Shown one piece after another: positions 34,877 to 43,346 of a stretch of 46,876 nucleotides of DNA. Position 1 is the stretch's first letter; each line of letters starts with the position of its first letter. Under the pieces are notes generated by a model that saw nothing but the letters and a program-made list of their open reading frames with translations, was not told the origin of the DNA and made no database searches. Made by a program: the position numbers and the translations under genes. Source of the DNA: an uncultured euryarchaeote (GTDB taxonomy: Archaea > Thermoplasmatota > Thermoplasmata > UBA10834); assembly GCA_937872085.1 (NCBI GenBank), contig CALMQK010000294.1:1-46876 (forward strand). The letters run 5' to 3'.

Positions 34877-36226
34877 ATGAAGATGCCCAAAGTTCCGAAC
34901 ATCAGAGTGGAGCCTCCGGGCCCGGAGGCCAAGAAGATCGTCGCAAAGGATGACGAGTACATTGTGAAGGCTACAAAGACCGCGCCTCTTGTCTTCAAGA
35001 AGGCGGAGGGATCAGTGATCGAAGACGTCGATGGAAACACCTACCTCGACTTCTATGCTGGGGTCGGCGTGCTCAACGTCGGCGCGAGGCATCCGAGGGT
35101 CGTAGCAGCCGTCAGCGACCAGCTCGGCAAGTACATGCACATAGCGGGGACGGATTTCTATGAGCCGCTCCAGGCTAGACTCGCTGAGAGACTAGCCAAG
35201 ACCGCGCCGGGCAATAACAAGAAGATGGTGTTCTTCTCAAACACGGGCGCGGAATCGGTAGAGGCCGCGATCAAGATCGCCAAGAGAGGAACTGGCAAGC
35301 AGTGCTTCCTGGACTTCCTCGGGGCGTTCCATGGGAGGACCACCGGGGCCATGACGCTCACCGCGAGCAAGTGGGTACAGAGGGAAGGTTACACCGCTAC
35401 GCTCATGCCGGGCGTCTTCCACGTGCCGTACGCCTATTGCTACAGGTGCATATACAAGATGGAGTACCCGAGCTGCGGAACATACTGCGCCAAGGTCATC
35501 GAAGAAGTCTACTTCGAGACCCAGATCCCGCCGAACGACCTCGCAGCGATCTGCATGGAGGTCGTGCAGGGAGAAGGCGGGTACGTCGTGCCGCCAAAGA
35601 CCTTCGTGAAGATGGTCTTCGACCTCACGAGGAAGTACAAGTGCCTGTTCATCGACGACGAGGTGCAATCTGGCATGGGCAGAACGGGGAAGATGTGGGC
35701 CGCGGAGCACTTCGACATCGCGCCTGACATCATCTGTTCTGCGAAGTCGCTCGGTGGCGGACTCCCGCTCGGAGCCACGATCGTGGATGCCAAGCTGAAC
35801 TTCGACAGGTATGGCCGGCATTCGAACACCTTCGGTGGGGTCTCGCTCGCGCACGCGGCCGCCCTCGCAACTCTTGATGTCATAGAGGATGAGAAACTCC
35901 TGGACCGCGGGACGAAGGTCGGGAAGGAGACCAAGAAGCGCCTCGAGGAGATGATGGAGAAGTACGACATCATCGGCGACACGCGTGGCCTCGGCATGAT
36001 GCTGGCGCAAGAGTTCGTGCAGGACAGGAAGACCAGGAAGCACGCCGCGAAGAGCCGGGACAAGATCGCGGACATGGCATTCAAGAAGGGCCTGATGCTC
36101 CTGCCCTGCGGAAAATCCGTCATCCGATACATACCCCCGCTCAACATACCGCAGGACCAACTGGATTCGGGCCTCGAGATCCTTGAGGACTGCATCAAGA
36201 CCGTGAACAGGAACAGGGCTGACTGA
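34877..36226 (+). CDS. Class III PLP-dependent aminotransferase (4-aminobutyrate/ornithine/acetylornithine aminotransferase family)
   Basis: PGPEAKK N-terminus, SNTGAESVEAAIK, DEVQSGMGRTGKMWA, and the Lys context CSAKSLGGGLP. Start set at ATG 34877 (MKMPKV). The 54-codon upstream extension in the track has no family counterpart. Confidence 0.85.
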   Translation: MKMPKVPNIRVEPPGPEAKKIVAKDDEYIVKATKTAPLVFKKAEGSVIEDVDGNTYLDFYAGVGVLNVGARHPRVVAAVSDQLGKYMHIAGTDFYEPLQARLAERLAKTAPGNNKKMVFFSNTGAESVEAAIKIAKRGTGKQCFLDFLGAFHGRTTGAMTLTASKWVQREGYTATLMPGVFHVPYAYCYRCIYKMEYPSCGTYCAKVIEEVYFETQIPPNDLAAICMEVVQGEGGYVVPPKTFVKMVFDLTRKYKCLFIDDEVQSGMGRTGKMWAAEHFDIAPDIICSAKSLGGGLPLGATIVDAKLNFDRYGRHSNTFGGVSLAHAAALATLDVIEDEKLLDRGTKVGKETKKRLEEMMEKYDIIGDTRGLGMMLAQEFVQDRKTRKHAAKSRDKIADMAFKKGLMLLPCGKSVIRYIPPLNIPQDQLDSGLEILEDCIKTVNRNRAD

Positions 36227-36252
36227 GCTCAAACTCTAGGGACTGACCGGCT

Positions 36253-36296
36253 GGGTTCGGATGTCCTCCGAACTCCAGCGGTCTTATCTTATTATC
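36253..36296 (+). terminator. Candidate terminator: hairpin plus T-rich tract
   Basis: 7-bp stem gttcgga/tccgaac (36255-36261 / 36267-36273) with a 5-nt loop, followed by tcttatcttattatct. It begins 27 nt after the aminotransferase stop. Confidence 0.35.
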
Positions 36297-36320
36297 TCGC
36301 GAACTGATTCTTCCCACATA

Positions 36321-36509
36321 ATGACGAACAGGCGAACGCAAGATGACAAGCTCGGCAGACTGGCGGAGATTGCTGTGCGTAACAGATACGACCCTGAGAG
36401 ATTGGCAGCCGTGAAACGGGTAATCTCTGGGAAAACAAGGTGCCCCGAGTGCGACGAATCGAACGGAGCCGATCAGGAGTACTGCAATCACTGCGGCGCG
36501 AGATTGTAA
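36321..36509 (+). CDS. Small zinc-ribbon protein (62 aa)
   Basis: C-terminal CPECDESNGADQEYCNHCGARL. The shorter start (ATG 36321) is chosen because the longer ORF overlaps the putative terminator hairpin. Confidence 0.4.
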   Translation: MTNRRTQDDKLGRLAEIAVRNRYDPERLAAVKRVISGKTRCPECDESNGADQEYCNHCGARL

Positions 36510-36556
36510 CCAGGGCATCGTGACAAGAAGAATATCTGAGGGATCCGAACAGAACG

Positions 36557-38719
36557 CTAGCGGCTTCGACTCTCCTTGAACTTCTTCAGCTCTTCCTCCA
36601 CCAGCGCCTCGTAGTCTTGAGTCTTGGCTGGAGGTGGAGCGACCTCCTTCTTCCGGTCTGGCGTACCCGTTCTCGCATCGATCTCCTTCGGCTCCTGTTG
36701 CCAGACCGCTGTCCTTATCGCGAGACCAATTACCAGCAGACCGAATCCGCCCCACAACGCGTTCATCATCGGAACGACTTTCATCTGCACCAGGGCCGTC
36801 GTGTTGCTCATCCACTGGAAGTCCAGATAGAGGTCGTTTGCCAGGGACTTGTAGACGTAGACCTCGGCGTCGACGACCTGGGTCTCCACACCTCTGATCA
36901 GGTAGAGGTCCGTCAGTACAAGGCCGGAACGGAGGGCGTGGCCGGACTTCATTACATCCATCGTGCCCTCTCGAACGGCATTCACGCTCGTCGCTCCCGA
37001 ACCTGAACTCACGTCGCTGGCAGTCAGTGCCACCAGCCGCACCGTGTAGTCACCGACCTTCGCCTCTTGGCCGAGAGACATCTCGATCGAGGTCGTGCCG
37101 CTCACGAGATTAGAAGGGAAGGACTGCATGTTCGTGGATATGATGAAACTCACAAGGACCATGGCGACGCCCAGGTGGATGAGGTGTGGGCTTGCTTTCT
37201 GAAACGTCTTCCTGGCGGAGCCCACGACCCGCGATCTCGCAAGCTTCACTATCGAGACCCCGAGCGCGACCGCATAGGCTGGAAGGCTGAAGGCGACGAG
37301 AGCATCGATCCAGCCGGTCACGGCGCCAACGACCCCTGCCGCGATCGATGCCACGATCAACCCCGAACCAAGATAGAACGCGATCTCCTTGCCGGTGAAC
37401 TTCCAGACCAGGCATATGCTCATGGTCGTCATCAATCCCACGAAGAATATGGACAACTTCTGGTTGAACTCCGCGTAGTTGGACCCCTGTGATGCGTTCA
37501 AGTTCTTGAACATGAGCAGCACCATCACAGCACTCGTGATGACGAGCAACATGACCGTCAACATCGTGTTGTTCTTGTCGCTGATGTACTCGCTCAGCTT
37601 CTCCGGCTCGGGTTGCTCTTCTGGTCTTTCCATGGTCCTGTACCGCGAATACGCCAAGAACACGGTCAGGGCGAACAGTGTCAACATGAGAGAGAAGATG
37701 CCAAGAATAGTGCCATCGTTCTGGAGCAGGTACGAAAGCCTCGCGCTGCCGCTGGTCCCTACCGAGCTCCCGAAATTGTGCACCGACTGGGCCCACACGC
37801 TGCCTGCGCGGGTGGCGAACGTTGCGAAGATGACCGCGACGAACGAAAGCATGCCCAGCACCGGGGACCAGAGCTTGTACTCCCCCTTCCTCGAATGTCT
37901 TACGACTGTGTGCAGGAAGGCGCTGGTAATCAGCCATGGCAGCAACGAGGCCGTCTCGACCGGGTCCCAGGCCCAGTATCCACCCCAACCGAGCACGTAA
38001 TATGCCCATATGGCTCCGACACCGATACCCAATGTGAGGAAGATCCAGCCAAGCCTGGACCATGGGAGCGATATCTTGAACCAATTCGGATCGTCCGAGA
38101 CAAGATAGGCGAGCGCTGCCGCGAAGGCGGCGACGCAGAAGGCGTACCCGGCGAACACCACTGGAGGGTGGAGCACCATCTCTGGGGTCTGAAGCAAGAG
38201 ATTCATCCCGTATCCGTTGGGCAACCATGTCTGATTGAAGCTGCCGGTCCTGGCGAAGAGGTCCATCTGCCAAAGCAGGATCATGAAGAGAGATATGATC
38301 GCCGCTACGGTCGCCTGGAACGCGCCATGGAACTTGCTGCCAAGGTACTTCCTCTTCGGCTCCAAAAGGACCTCGACCACGAGCACCAGGGCCATGAACC
38401 ATATCCAGAGCAGGAACGAGCCTTCCGCGCCCGCCCACACACCGGAGAGCTTGTACACCGCGCTCAGGTCCGTAGATGAGTTCGACCAGACGTAAAGGTA
38501 ATCCATGTTCGACGACAGGAAATAATCCGTTAGCAGCAGCAGAGCCGCGCTGATGGAGACGAATGTGAGGACGGATAGCACGACCGAGGCCTCCGTCAAG
38601 AGCCTGTCCTTGCGGCCCATGGCAAGCGTCCTAGCAAGAGCCGCGCCGATCGCGGCCAATGTTCCGATGACGATGAGGGATTCACCAGCGTCCATGTCTT
38701 CAGCCTCCGCTCGACTCAT
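36557..38719 (-). CDS. ccmF: Cytochrome c-type biogenesis protein CcmF (haem lyase component)
   Basis: WWD motif WGGYWAWDPVETASLLPWL. About 15 TM segments over 720 aa. Confidence 0.9.
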   Translation of the reverse strand: MSRAEAEDMDAGESLIVIGTLAAIGAALARTLAMGRKDRLLTEASVVLSVLTFVSISAALLLLTDYFLSSNMDYLYVWSNSSTDLSAVYKLSGVWAGAEGSFLLWIWFMALVLVVEVLLEPKRKYLGSKFHGAFQATVAAIISLFMILLWQMDLFARTGSFNQTWLPNGYGMNLLLQTPEMVLHPPVVFAGYAFCVAAFAAALAYLVSDDPNWFKISLPWSRLGWIFLTLGIGVGAIWAYYVLGWGGYWAWDPVETASLLPWLITSAFLHTVVRHSRKGEYKLWSPVLGMLSFVAVIFATFATRAGSVWAQSVHNFGSSVGTSGSARLSYLLQNDGTILGIFSLMLTLFALTVFLAYSRYRTMERPEEQPEPEKLSEYISDKNNTMLTVMLLVITSAVMVLLMFKNLNASQGSNYAEFNQKLSIFFVGLMTTMSICLVWKFTGKEIAFYLGSGLIVASIAAGVVGAVTGWIDALVAFSLPAYAVALGVSIVKLARSRVVGSARKTFQKASPHLIHLGVAMVLVSFIISTNMQSFPSNLVSGTTSIEMSLGQEAKVGDYTVRLVALTASDVSSGSGATSVNAVREGTMDVMKSGHALRSGLVLTDLYLIRGVETQVVDAEVYVYKSLANDLYLDFQWMSNTTALVQMKVVPMMNALWGGFGLLVIGLAIRTAVWQQEPKEIDARTGTPDRKKEVAPPPAKTQDYEALVEEELKKFKESRSR

Positions 38720-38847
38720 CGATGCGCTTCATTGCCCGCTAGCTCCTTCTTGTACGAGGCGCTGAGATTCCCGCAGACCTTGGCGTCGACCTTCCCCTTC
38801 TCCAGCGCCCTGTCGAGGGCGACGATGGCGTCCATCAGTTTGCTCAC
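38716..38847 (-). CDS. Candidate 43-aa ORF between ccmE and ccmF
   Basis: GTG at 38847 preceded by GGAGGG with 5-nt spacing. Its stop overlaps the ccmF ATG (ATGA). Translation: VSKLMDAIVALDRALEKGKVDAKVCGNLSASYKKELAGNEAHR. Too short for the ORF track. Confidence 0.3.
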   Translation of the reverse strand: MSKLMDAIVALDRALEKGKVDAKVCGNLSASYKKELAGNEAHR

Positions 38848-38892
38848 TGATACCCTCCTTGACAGACTGTCTTGAAATCGGATCACCGTCAC

Positions 38893-39282
38893 CTAGTACT
38901 TCGACGCGCAGCCAACGGTGAGATCGGTCGCGATCATGTGCAGGGACGGCACGTCATCGAGCTGCCCCTTCGCCCCGACGGTCTTGCCGTTCTCGAAACC
39001 CGATGGCAACGGCCCGGTCATCGTCACGTTGATGTTGCCACCCGAAGCCGCATTCGTATCGAACAGCGTGAAGTTCCTGCTCCCGGGGTCTCCGTTCCAG
39101 TCAGCAACAACCCCCCTGACCTCGATCGGTTTACCCGAGTATTGTGAAGGGCTGTGGACGACGTCGCTCACGGACAGGTAGTTCTGTCCACCAGTCGAGC
39201 TCCAGCCCCAGAAGACGACGACCAGGGCAGCCGCGATCACAACAAGGGCAACGATGACCTTCCTCTTGCGACGCCTCGACAT
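38893..39282 (-). CDS. ccmE: Haem chaperone CcmE, CXXXY variant
   Basis: N-terminal membrane anchor, OB-fold-like core (IEVRGVV...FTLFD), and a C-terminal CASKY in place of the HXXXY haem-binding motif. Confidence 0.8.
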   Translation of the reverse strand: MSRRRKRKVIVALVVIAAALVVVFWGWSSTGGQNYLSVSDVVHSPSQYSGKPIEVRGVVADWNGDPGSRNFTLFDTNAASGGNINVTMTGPLPSGFENGKTVGAKGQLDDVPSLHMIATDLTVGCASKY

Positions 39283-39322
39283 CGGTCGGGGCGGGCTGGG
39301 AAGTTCTGGGTTCGGGGGCGAA

Positions 39323-39475
39323 TCACTTGCCGTGCTTCGACACCTCCTCCTTGAGCATCTTGATGTCCTTGTCTATCCTGCGCTGCCTCAGGTACATGTA
39401 CCCGAGGAAGGAGAACAGGCCGAGCCAAACGATCGAATAAGCGACATACAACGCCGTCCACGAATCCGACATCAT
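39323..39475 (-). CDS. ccmD: Haem exporter protein CcmD (50 aa)
   Basis: Hand-translated: MMSDSWTALYVAYSIVWLGLFSFLGYMYLRQRRIDKDIKMLKEEVSKHGK. One TM helix followed by a basic tail. The ATG overlaps the ccmC stop (ATGA). Position between ccmC and ccmE is canonical. Confidence 0.6.
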   Translation of the reverse strand: MMSDSWTALYVAYSIVWLGLFSFLGYMYLRQRRIDKDIKMLKEEVSKHGK

Positions 39476-40596
39476 TCTTCATCTCCTATCTTACGCTTGA
39501 GTTCTTCCAATTCTTCTTCAGCTTCCGCAATCTCCACTCTCTTTATTAGCATTGTTATGAACAGGACCGTGAACGCGACGACCGCTATGCCTATGGTCAT
39601 GCCGGCCTGCGGGGACAGACTGCCGCTGCTGGTCGCGATGACCTGTGGATGGCTGGATTGCAGCAGCGGGGCCACTCTCGAGGACAGGAAACTCATCGGC
39701 ACGGTGATGAAGCTGAGTATCCCATAGACCGCGCTCACCCTGGCCTTCGCGCTCGGTTCGCTGATCGCGGCTCTCAAAGACAGATAGCCAATATAGACGA
39801 GCCAAAGGACGAAGGTCGTGACCAGCTTCATGTCGTCCCAGCGCCAATAGACCCCCCACTCCTGCCTAGCCCAGACTGGTCCGGTCGTGATGGCGATTGT
39901 AGCGAAGACTATACCAATCTCTGCAGAGGAATACGCCACTCTGTCGTACTTGTGATCTCTAGTCCTTAGAAAGAGGGCGCTTCCGACCAGTGTGACCCCA
40001 AATGAGAGGTAGCACGCCCACGCGGACGGCATGTGGAAGTAGAATATCTTCTGGGCGACAGGGGCGGTCATGAGCCCGAAGCTTCCCACCGAGCCAAATG
40101 TAATGTCATTTCCGCTTCCGCTTGAAAGCGAGAAGCCTGTCACGTTAGAATTCGGGGCAATCGTGTTTGAGGTGACGATGCCGTCCATTGACAGATTGGC
40201 ACCAACCACAATTACACCACCCAGGTTTGGACCCATGCGGGGATTCAAGCCTCCTGAGATTGACTTGATATCTATCGGTCGTACTGTCCACCATTGTTGA
40301 TTCAGACTATGGGTTGCATTGGCCTGCAGATATCGCCCGTAGTCACGGAAATCTGCAAGCGAGAAGATTACCTCATCTGGCCCGTCCAGCATACCGAAAT
40401 GGATAGAGTAGACAGCGGACACGAATCCCGCAACTTTGAGCTTTGATCCTTCCACCGAAGACAAAATCTCGCCTGCCGATTTCACGCCGGTTTGGGGCAG
40501 AGGAGCGAAAAAGACTGCAAGATAGACCGTCATCAGGATCAAGACGACGGAGACCACCACCAGAATCGTTCCCAGTTTCTTCCTGTCCATCCTCAT
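39472..40596 (-). CDS. ccmC: Haem exporter/haem-handling protein CcmC with a large inserted extracytoplasmic domain
   Basis: QKIFYFHMPSAW (first His loop) and WWD motif WARQEWGVYWRWDDMKL. At 374 aa it exceeds the usual ~250 aa because about 140 residues are inserted after TM1. Confidence 0.85.
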   Translation of the reverse strand: MRMDRKKLGTILVVVSVVLILMTVYLAVFFAPLPQTGVKSAGEILSSVEGSKLKVAGFVSAVYSIHFGMLDGPDEVIFSLADFRDYGRYLQANATHSLNQQWWTVRPIDIKSISGGLNPRMGPNLGGVIVVGANLSMDGIVTSNTIAPNSNVTGFSLSSGSGNDITFGSVGSFGLMTAPVAQKIFYFHMPSAWACYLSFGVTLVGSALFLRTRDHKYDRVAYSSAEIGIVFATIAITTGPVWARQEWGVYWRWDDMKLVTTFVLWLVYIGYLSLRAAISEPSAKARVSAVYGILSFITVPMSFLSSRVAPLLQSSHPQVIATSSGSLSPQAGMTIGIAVVAFTVLFITMLIKRVEIAEAEEELEELKRKIGDEE

Positions 40597-40597
40597 A

Positions 40598-41278
40598 TCA
40601 TCCCTCTAGCACGAAATCAAATGTCAGGTATCCGAGCACGGCGAAGATGGCGGCAAAGGCCGCCACGGATTCGATCTGCTGAACGGAGTCTCCAATCCCT
40701 CCCACCATTGCGTTCTTGGTCGCGGTGACAGAGGGCACGATCACGCTGAATGCGATCAATGGGATCAGCAGGATGGGCAGCAGGGCCTCGCGGGCGCGGG
40801 TGTTGACGGATATCGCCGCGACGAGCGTGCCAACGAGAACGAGTGTGACGCTCCCAAGCAATGCGAGCGCCACTACCGCGAGGGCTTGTCCACCATAGTC
40901 GAATGAGAAGAACAGCGCGAAGAACGCAATCGACAACAAGTCGACGAAGAAGACGACGATAAGATTGGACAGCGCCTTTCCGAGATACAAGTCGCTCCTG
41001 TCCACAGGCGCGAGCAATAGCCCATCAAGCGTCTCCCGGTCCTTCTCCTTGGCAAACGAGGTATACATCCCCAGGATCGCCGCGAACGAGAAACATATCC
41101 ATAGAGCGGAGGATGCCAGCTCTGGAAGCCCCACGGCTCCGGAATTCACAGCGTTTGAGAACCCGAACCTGAACGCAAGGACGATCAGGAGCGAGAACAG
41201 GAACATCGCGCTCAGCATCTCCTTCGACCTGAGCTCGACCTTCAGGTCCTTCGCCGCGATGATCAGAGCAGCCCTCAC
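40598..41278 (-). CDS. ccmB: Haem exporter permease CcmB
   Basis: Six-TM profile and the N-terminal AAKDLKVELRSKEML pattern typical of CcmB. It overlaps the ccmA stop by 4 nt. Confidence 0.8.
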   Translation of the reverse strand: MRAALIIAAKDLKVELRSKEMLSAMFLFSLLIVLAFRFGFSNAVNSGAVGLPELASSALWICFSFAAILGMYTSFAKEKDRETLDGLLLAPVDRSDLYLGKALSNLIVVFFVDLLSIAFFALFFSFDYGGQALAVVALALLGSVTLVLVGTLVAAISVNTRAREALLPILLIPLIAFSVIVPSVTATKNAMVGGIGDSVQQIESVAAFAAIFAVLGYLTFDFVLEG

Positions 41279-41988
41279 ACGATCCCCCCATCGGAGGAGG
41301 CTCGGTAGCCCGCTTCGAGCTCGCCCCTGGCGATGGACGCTCGATCGAATGACCGTTCGATCTTTCCACGGACAAGCACTTCGGCTCGATCGGCCAGCGA
41401 TGAAATCCTCTGAACATCATGCGTCACAATGAGAATGGAACAGCCCCTCGATCGCTCCTCCGCCAATATCTGCGCGAGCACCTCGTTCCCCTTCTCATCC
41501 AGGGAGGAGAAGGGCTCGTCGAGAAGGAGCACCTTGGGAGAATGGAGGATGGCTCTTGCTATCGCGAGCCTCTGACGCATCCCTTTGGAGAATACGGCGA
41601 CGCGGTCGTTCATCCTGTGGGACAGCCCAACGCGCTGAAGGAGCGCCTTGCCCGCGGCCTCGAATTCCTTTCGAGGCATGCCGTACAATGACCAGAAGAA
41701 CCTCAAGTTCTCGAGTGCCGTGAGGTCGTCGTACGTGTAGGTCGAGTGCCCCACCACCCCGATCGATCTCCTGGATATCACGGGATCATCGTACACGCTC
41801 TTGCCGTCGAGCAACACATCGCCCCGGGTAGGCTCGGCGAGCGTCGACATGATGCGCAGCAAGGTGGTCTTTCCCGCACCATTGGGTCCCATCAACGCGA
41901 TGATCTCGCCGTCGCCGATTTTCAGGTCGAGGCCGTTCAGGACAATGCGTCGTCCGAATCGCTTTGTCACGGTCATGGCATCTATCAC
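41275..41988 (-). CDS. ccmA: ABC ATPase CcmA
   Basis: Walker A GPNGAGKTT, signature-like FSKGMRQRLAIA, and Walker B LLLDEP. Confidence 0.9.
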   Translation of the reverse strand: MIDAMTVTKRFGRRIVLNGLDLKIGDGEIIALMGPNGAGKTTLLRIMSTLAEPTRGDVLLDGKSVYDDPVISRRSIGVVGHSTYTYDDLTALENLRFFWSLYGMPRKEFEAAGKALLQRVGLSHRMNDRVAVFSKGMRQRLAIARAILHSPKVLLLDEPFSSLDEKGNEVLAQILAEERSRGCSILIVTHDVQRISSLADRAEVLVRGKIERSFDRASIARGELEAGYRASSDGGIV

Positions 41989-42191
41989 TGATTGCCTCCC
42001 CTGGCTAGACCCTGAGAATCTAACTGCCGGTATATCATCCCTTTCAACCTCTTATGGTTAGGACCGAAATACAAGAGGGGGGAAGCGACCGCTAGCGATG
42101 TTGAAGAATGAAAGAAAGAGGGATGCTCAACCCTCCTTACCATTTCCCCCGGAGGGTACCGAGGCTTGAGGCCCGGGGGGCTATCACGGCG

Positions 42192-42215
42192 TTATATACC
42201 TGATGACTCATCAGG
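42192..42215 (+). promoter_or_regulatory. TATA box (TTATATA) immediately followed by a perfect 17-nt palindrome CCTGATGACTCATCAGG
   Basis: TTATATA at 42192-42198 and the palindrome at 42199-42215, within the 420-bp divergent spacer between ccmA and the CX3CH protein gene. The layout is TATA followed by an operator. Confidence 0.35.
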
Positions 42216-42410
42216 GCTAGGGCGCACGTGGAAACAACATGAAGACATTGTTTCGGCTGACCGCACGAAATGGACGGCCTTAGGCGGATTCGGATTCATT
42301 GCGTGCGAAGTGCAAACCGAATGCGGAGAAAGAGTAATAACGATGCAAGCAACTCGGTGGGCCGCGCAGTATAAGGACCGGTTTCAGAAGGAATTTGGGG
42401 AGTAAAGGAC

Positions 42411-43346
42411 ATGCGCTCGAAAGGAAGAATTGCATTTCTGACTATCATCTGCTTGTCACTCGTGACCGTCACGCTCGTCCCGTCGCTCTTGGCATCACCT
42501 GGCGGTGTAACGATCAAGAACCAGGAGTACTGCGGAGTATCTTGTCACAGCCAACCGAGCACTGCATCGCTAACGATGTGGGCGTCCGCGCAACAGGTCG
42601 CCCCTGGCGACCCATTGGAGGTCATTGTCAATGTCTCGGGAGGGCAGGCTGTCGGCATCCTCGGCGTGATGATCGTGTCGGTAAGAAGCCCAGTCGCTGC
42701 GAGCGTCCCGACGGCCAACGGATGGGTAATCACATCGGACCCTGGCGGAACCACCTTCAACTACTACGAGACCGCGACATACTCGGGATCAGCATCCATG
42801 CATTGGCAGCTGAACGCGCCGACGATCACAGGCTCCTACACATTGTATGCAAGGACGATGCACGGCGACGGCAGCGGAGACGCATTCTCGGCTGATTACT
42901 CAGCTGGCGTCACGTTCCTCGTCGCAAGCATAAGCACTGCTGGCCCGACCGTGTTCGTGACTGCTCCGGCGACTGGATCCACGGTGAAAGGTCTCGTCTC
43001 CGTCGAGGCGACCATCCTGGACAACGCCTCGATAACTTACGCCGTGCTGAAGCTTGACGGGGTGGAGATCGCGAACAAGACAACTGGACCGTTCACCTGG
43101 TCTCTCGAATCCACCATCTACAAGGATGGCGAGCACACGCTGAATGTGACCGCCGTGGATGTCAATGGGAAGGTCGGATATCACCAGATAACCATCACAA
43201 TAGGCAACGCCGCGCTCAAGAGCGGGTTGCTCCCTTGGATCTGGACGATGGCCGCAGGAACCGTTGCCATACTAGCTTGGGTCGGAGTCTTGATGGTCGT
43301 CGCACTCATGATACGCAAGAGACACATAGAAGGGGGGCTGAAGTAA
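42411..43346 (+). CDS. Secreted, C-terminally anchored protein with a single CX3CH motif and an Ig-like domain; candidate atypical c-type cytochrome
   Basis: Sec-type signal MRSKGRIAFLTIICLSLVTVTLVPSLLASP, then YCGVSCHS (C-x3-C-H) 12 residues after the predicted cleavage region. Beta-rich region, Ig-like repeat (VFVTAPATGSTVKGLVSVEA...HTLNVTAVDVNGKVG...ITITIGN), and a C-terminal TM helix followed by RKRH. Confidence 0.55.
   Translation: MRSKGRIAFLTIICLSLVTVTLVPSLLASPGGVTIKNQEYCGVSCHSQPSTASLTMWASAQQVAPGDPLEVIVNVSGGQAVGILGVMIVSVRSPVAASVPTANGWVITSDPGGTTFNYYETATYSGSASMHWQLNAPTITGSYTLYARTMHGDGSGDAFSADYSAGVTFLVASISTAGPTVFVTAPATGSTVKGLVSVEATILDNASITYAVLKLDGVEIANKTTGPFTWSLESTIYKDGEHTLNVTAVDVNGKVGYHQITITIGNAALKSGLLPWIWTMAAGTVAILAWVGVLMVVALMIRKRHIEGGLK

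Noticed and set aside
42166-42405. 79-aa plus-strand ORF in the ccmA / CX3CH-gene spacer
   Set aside because: It has a TTG start, runs straight through the TATA box and palindrome, and has no SD element or recognisable motif. A regulatory or leader region explains the sequence better.
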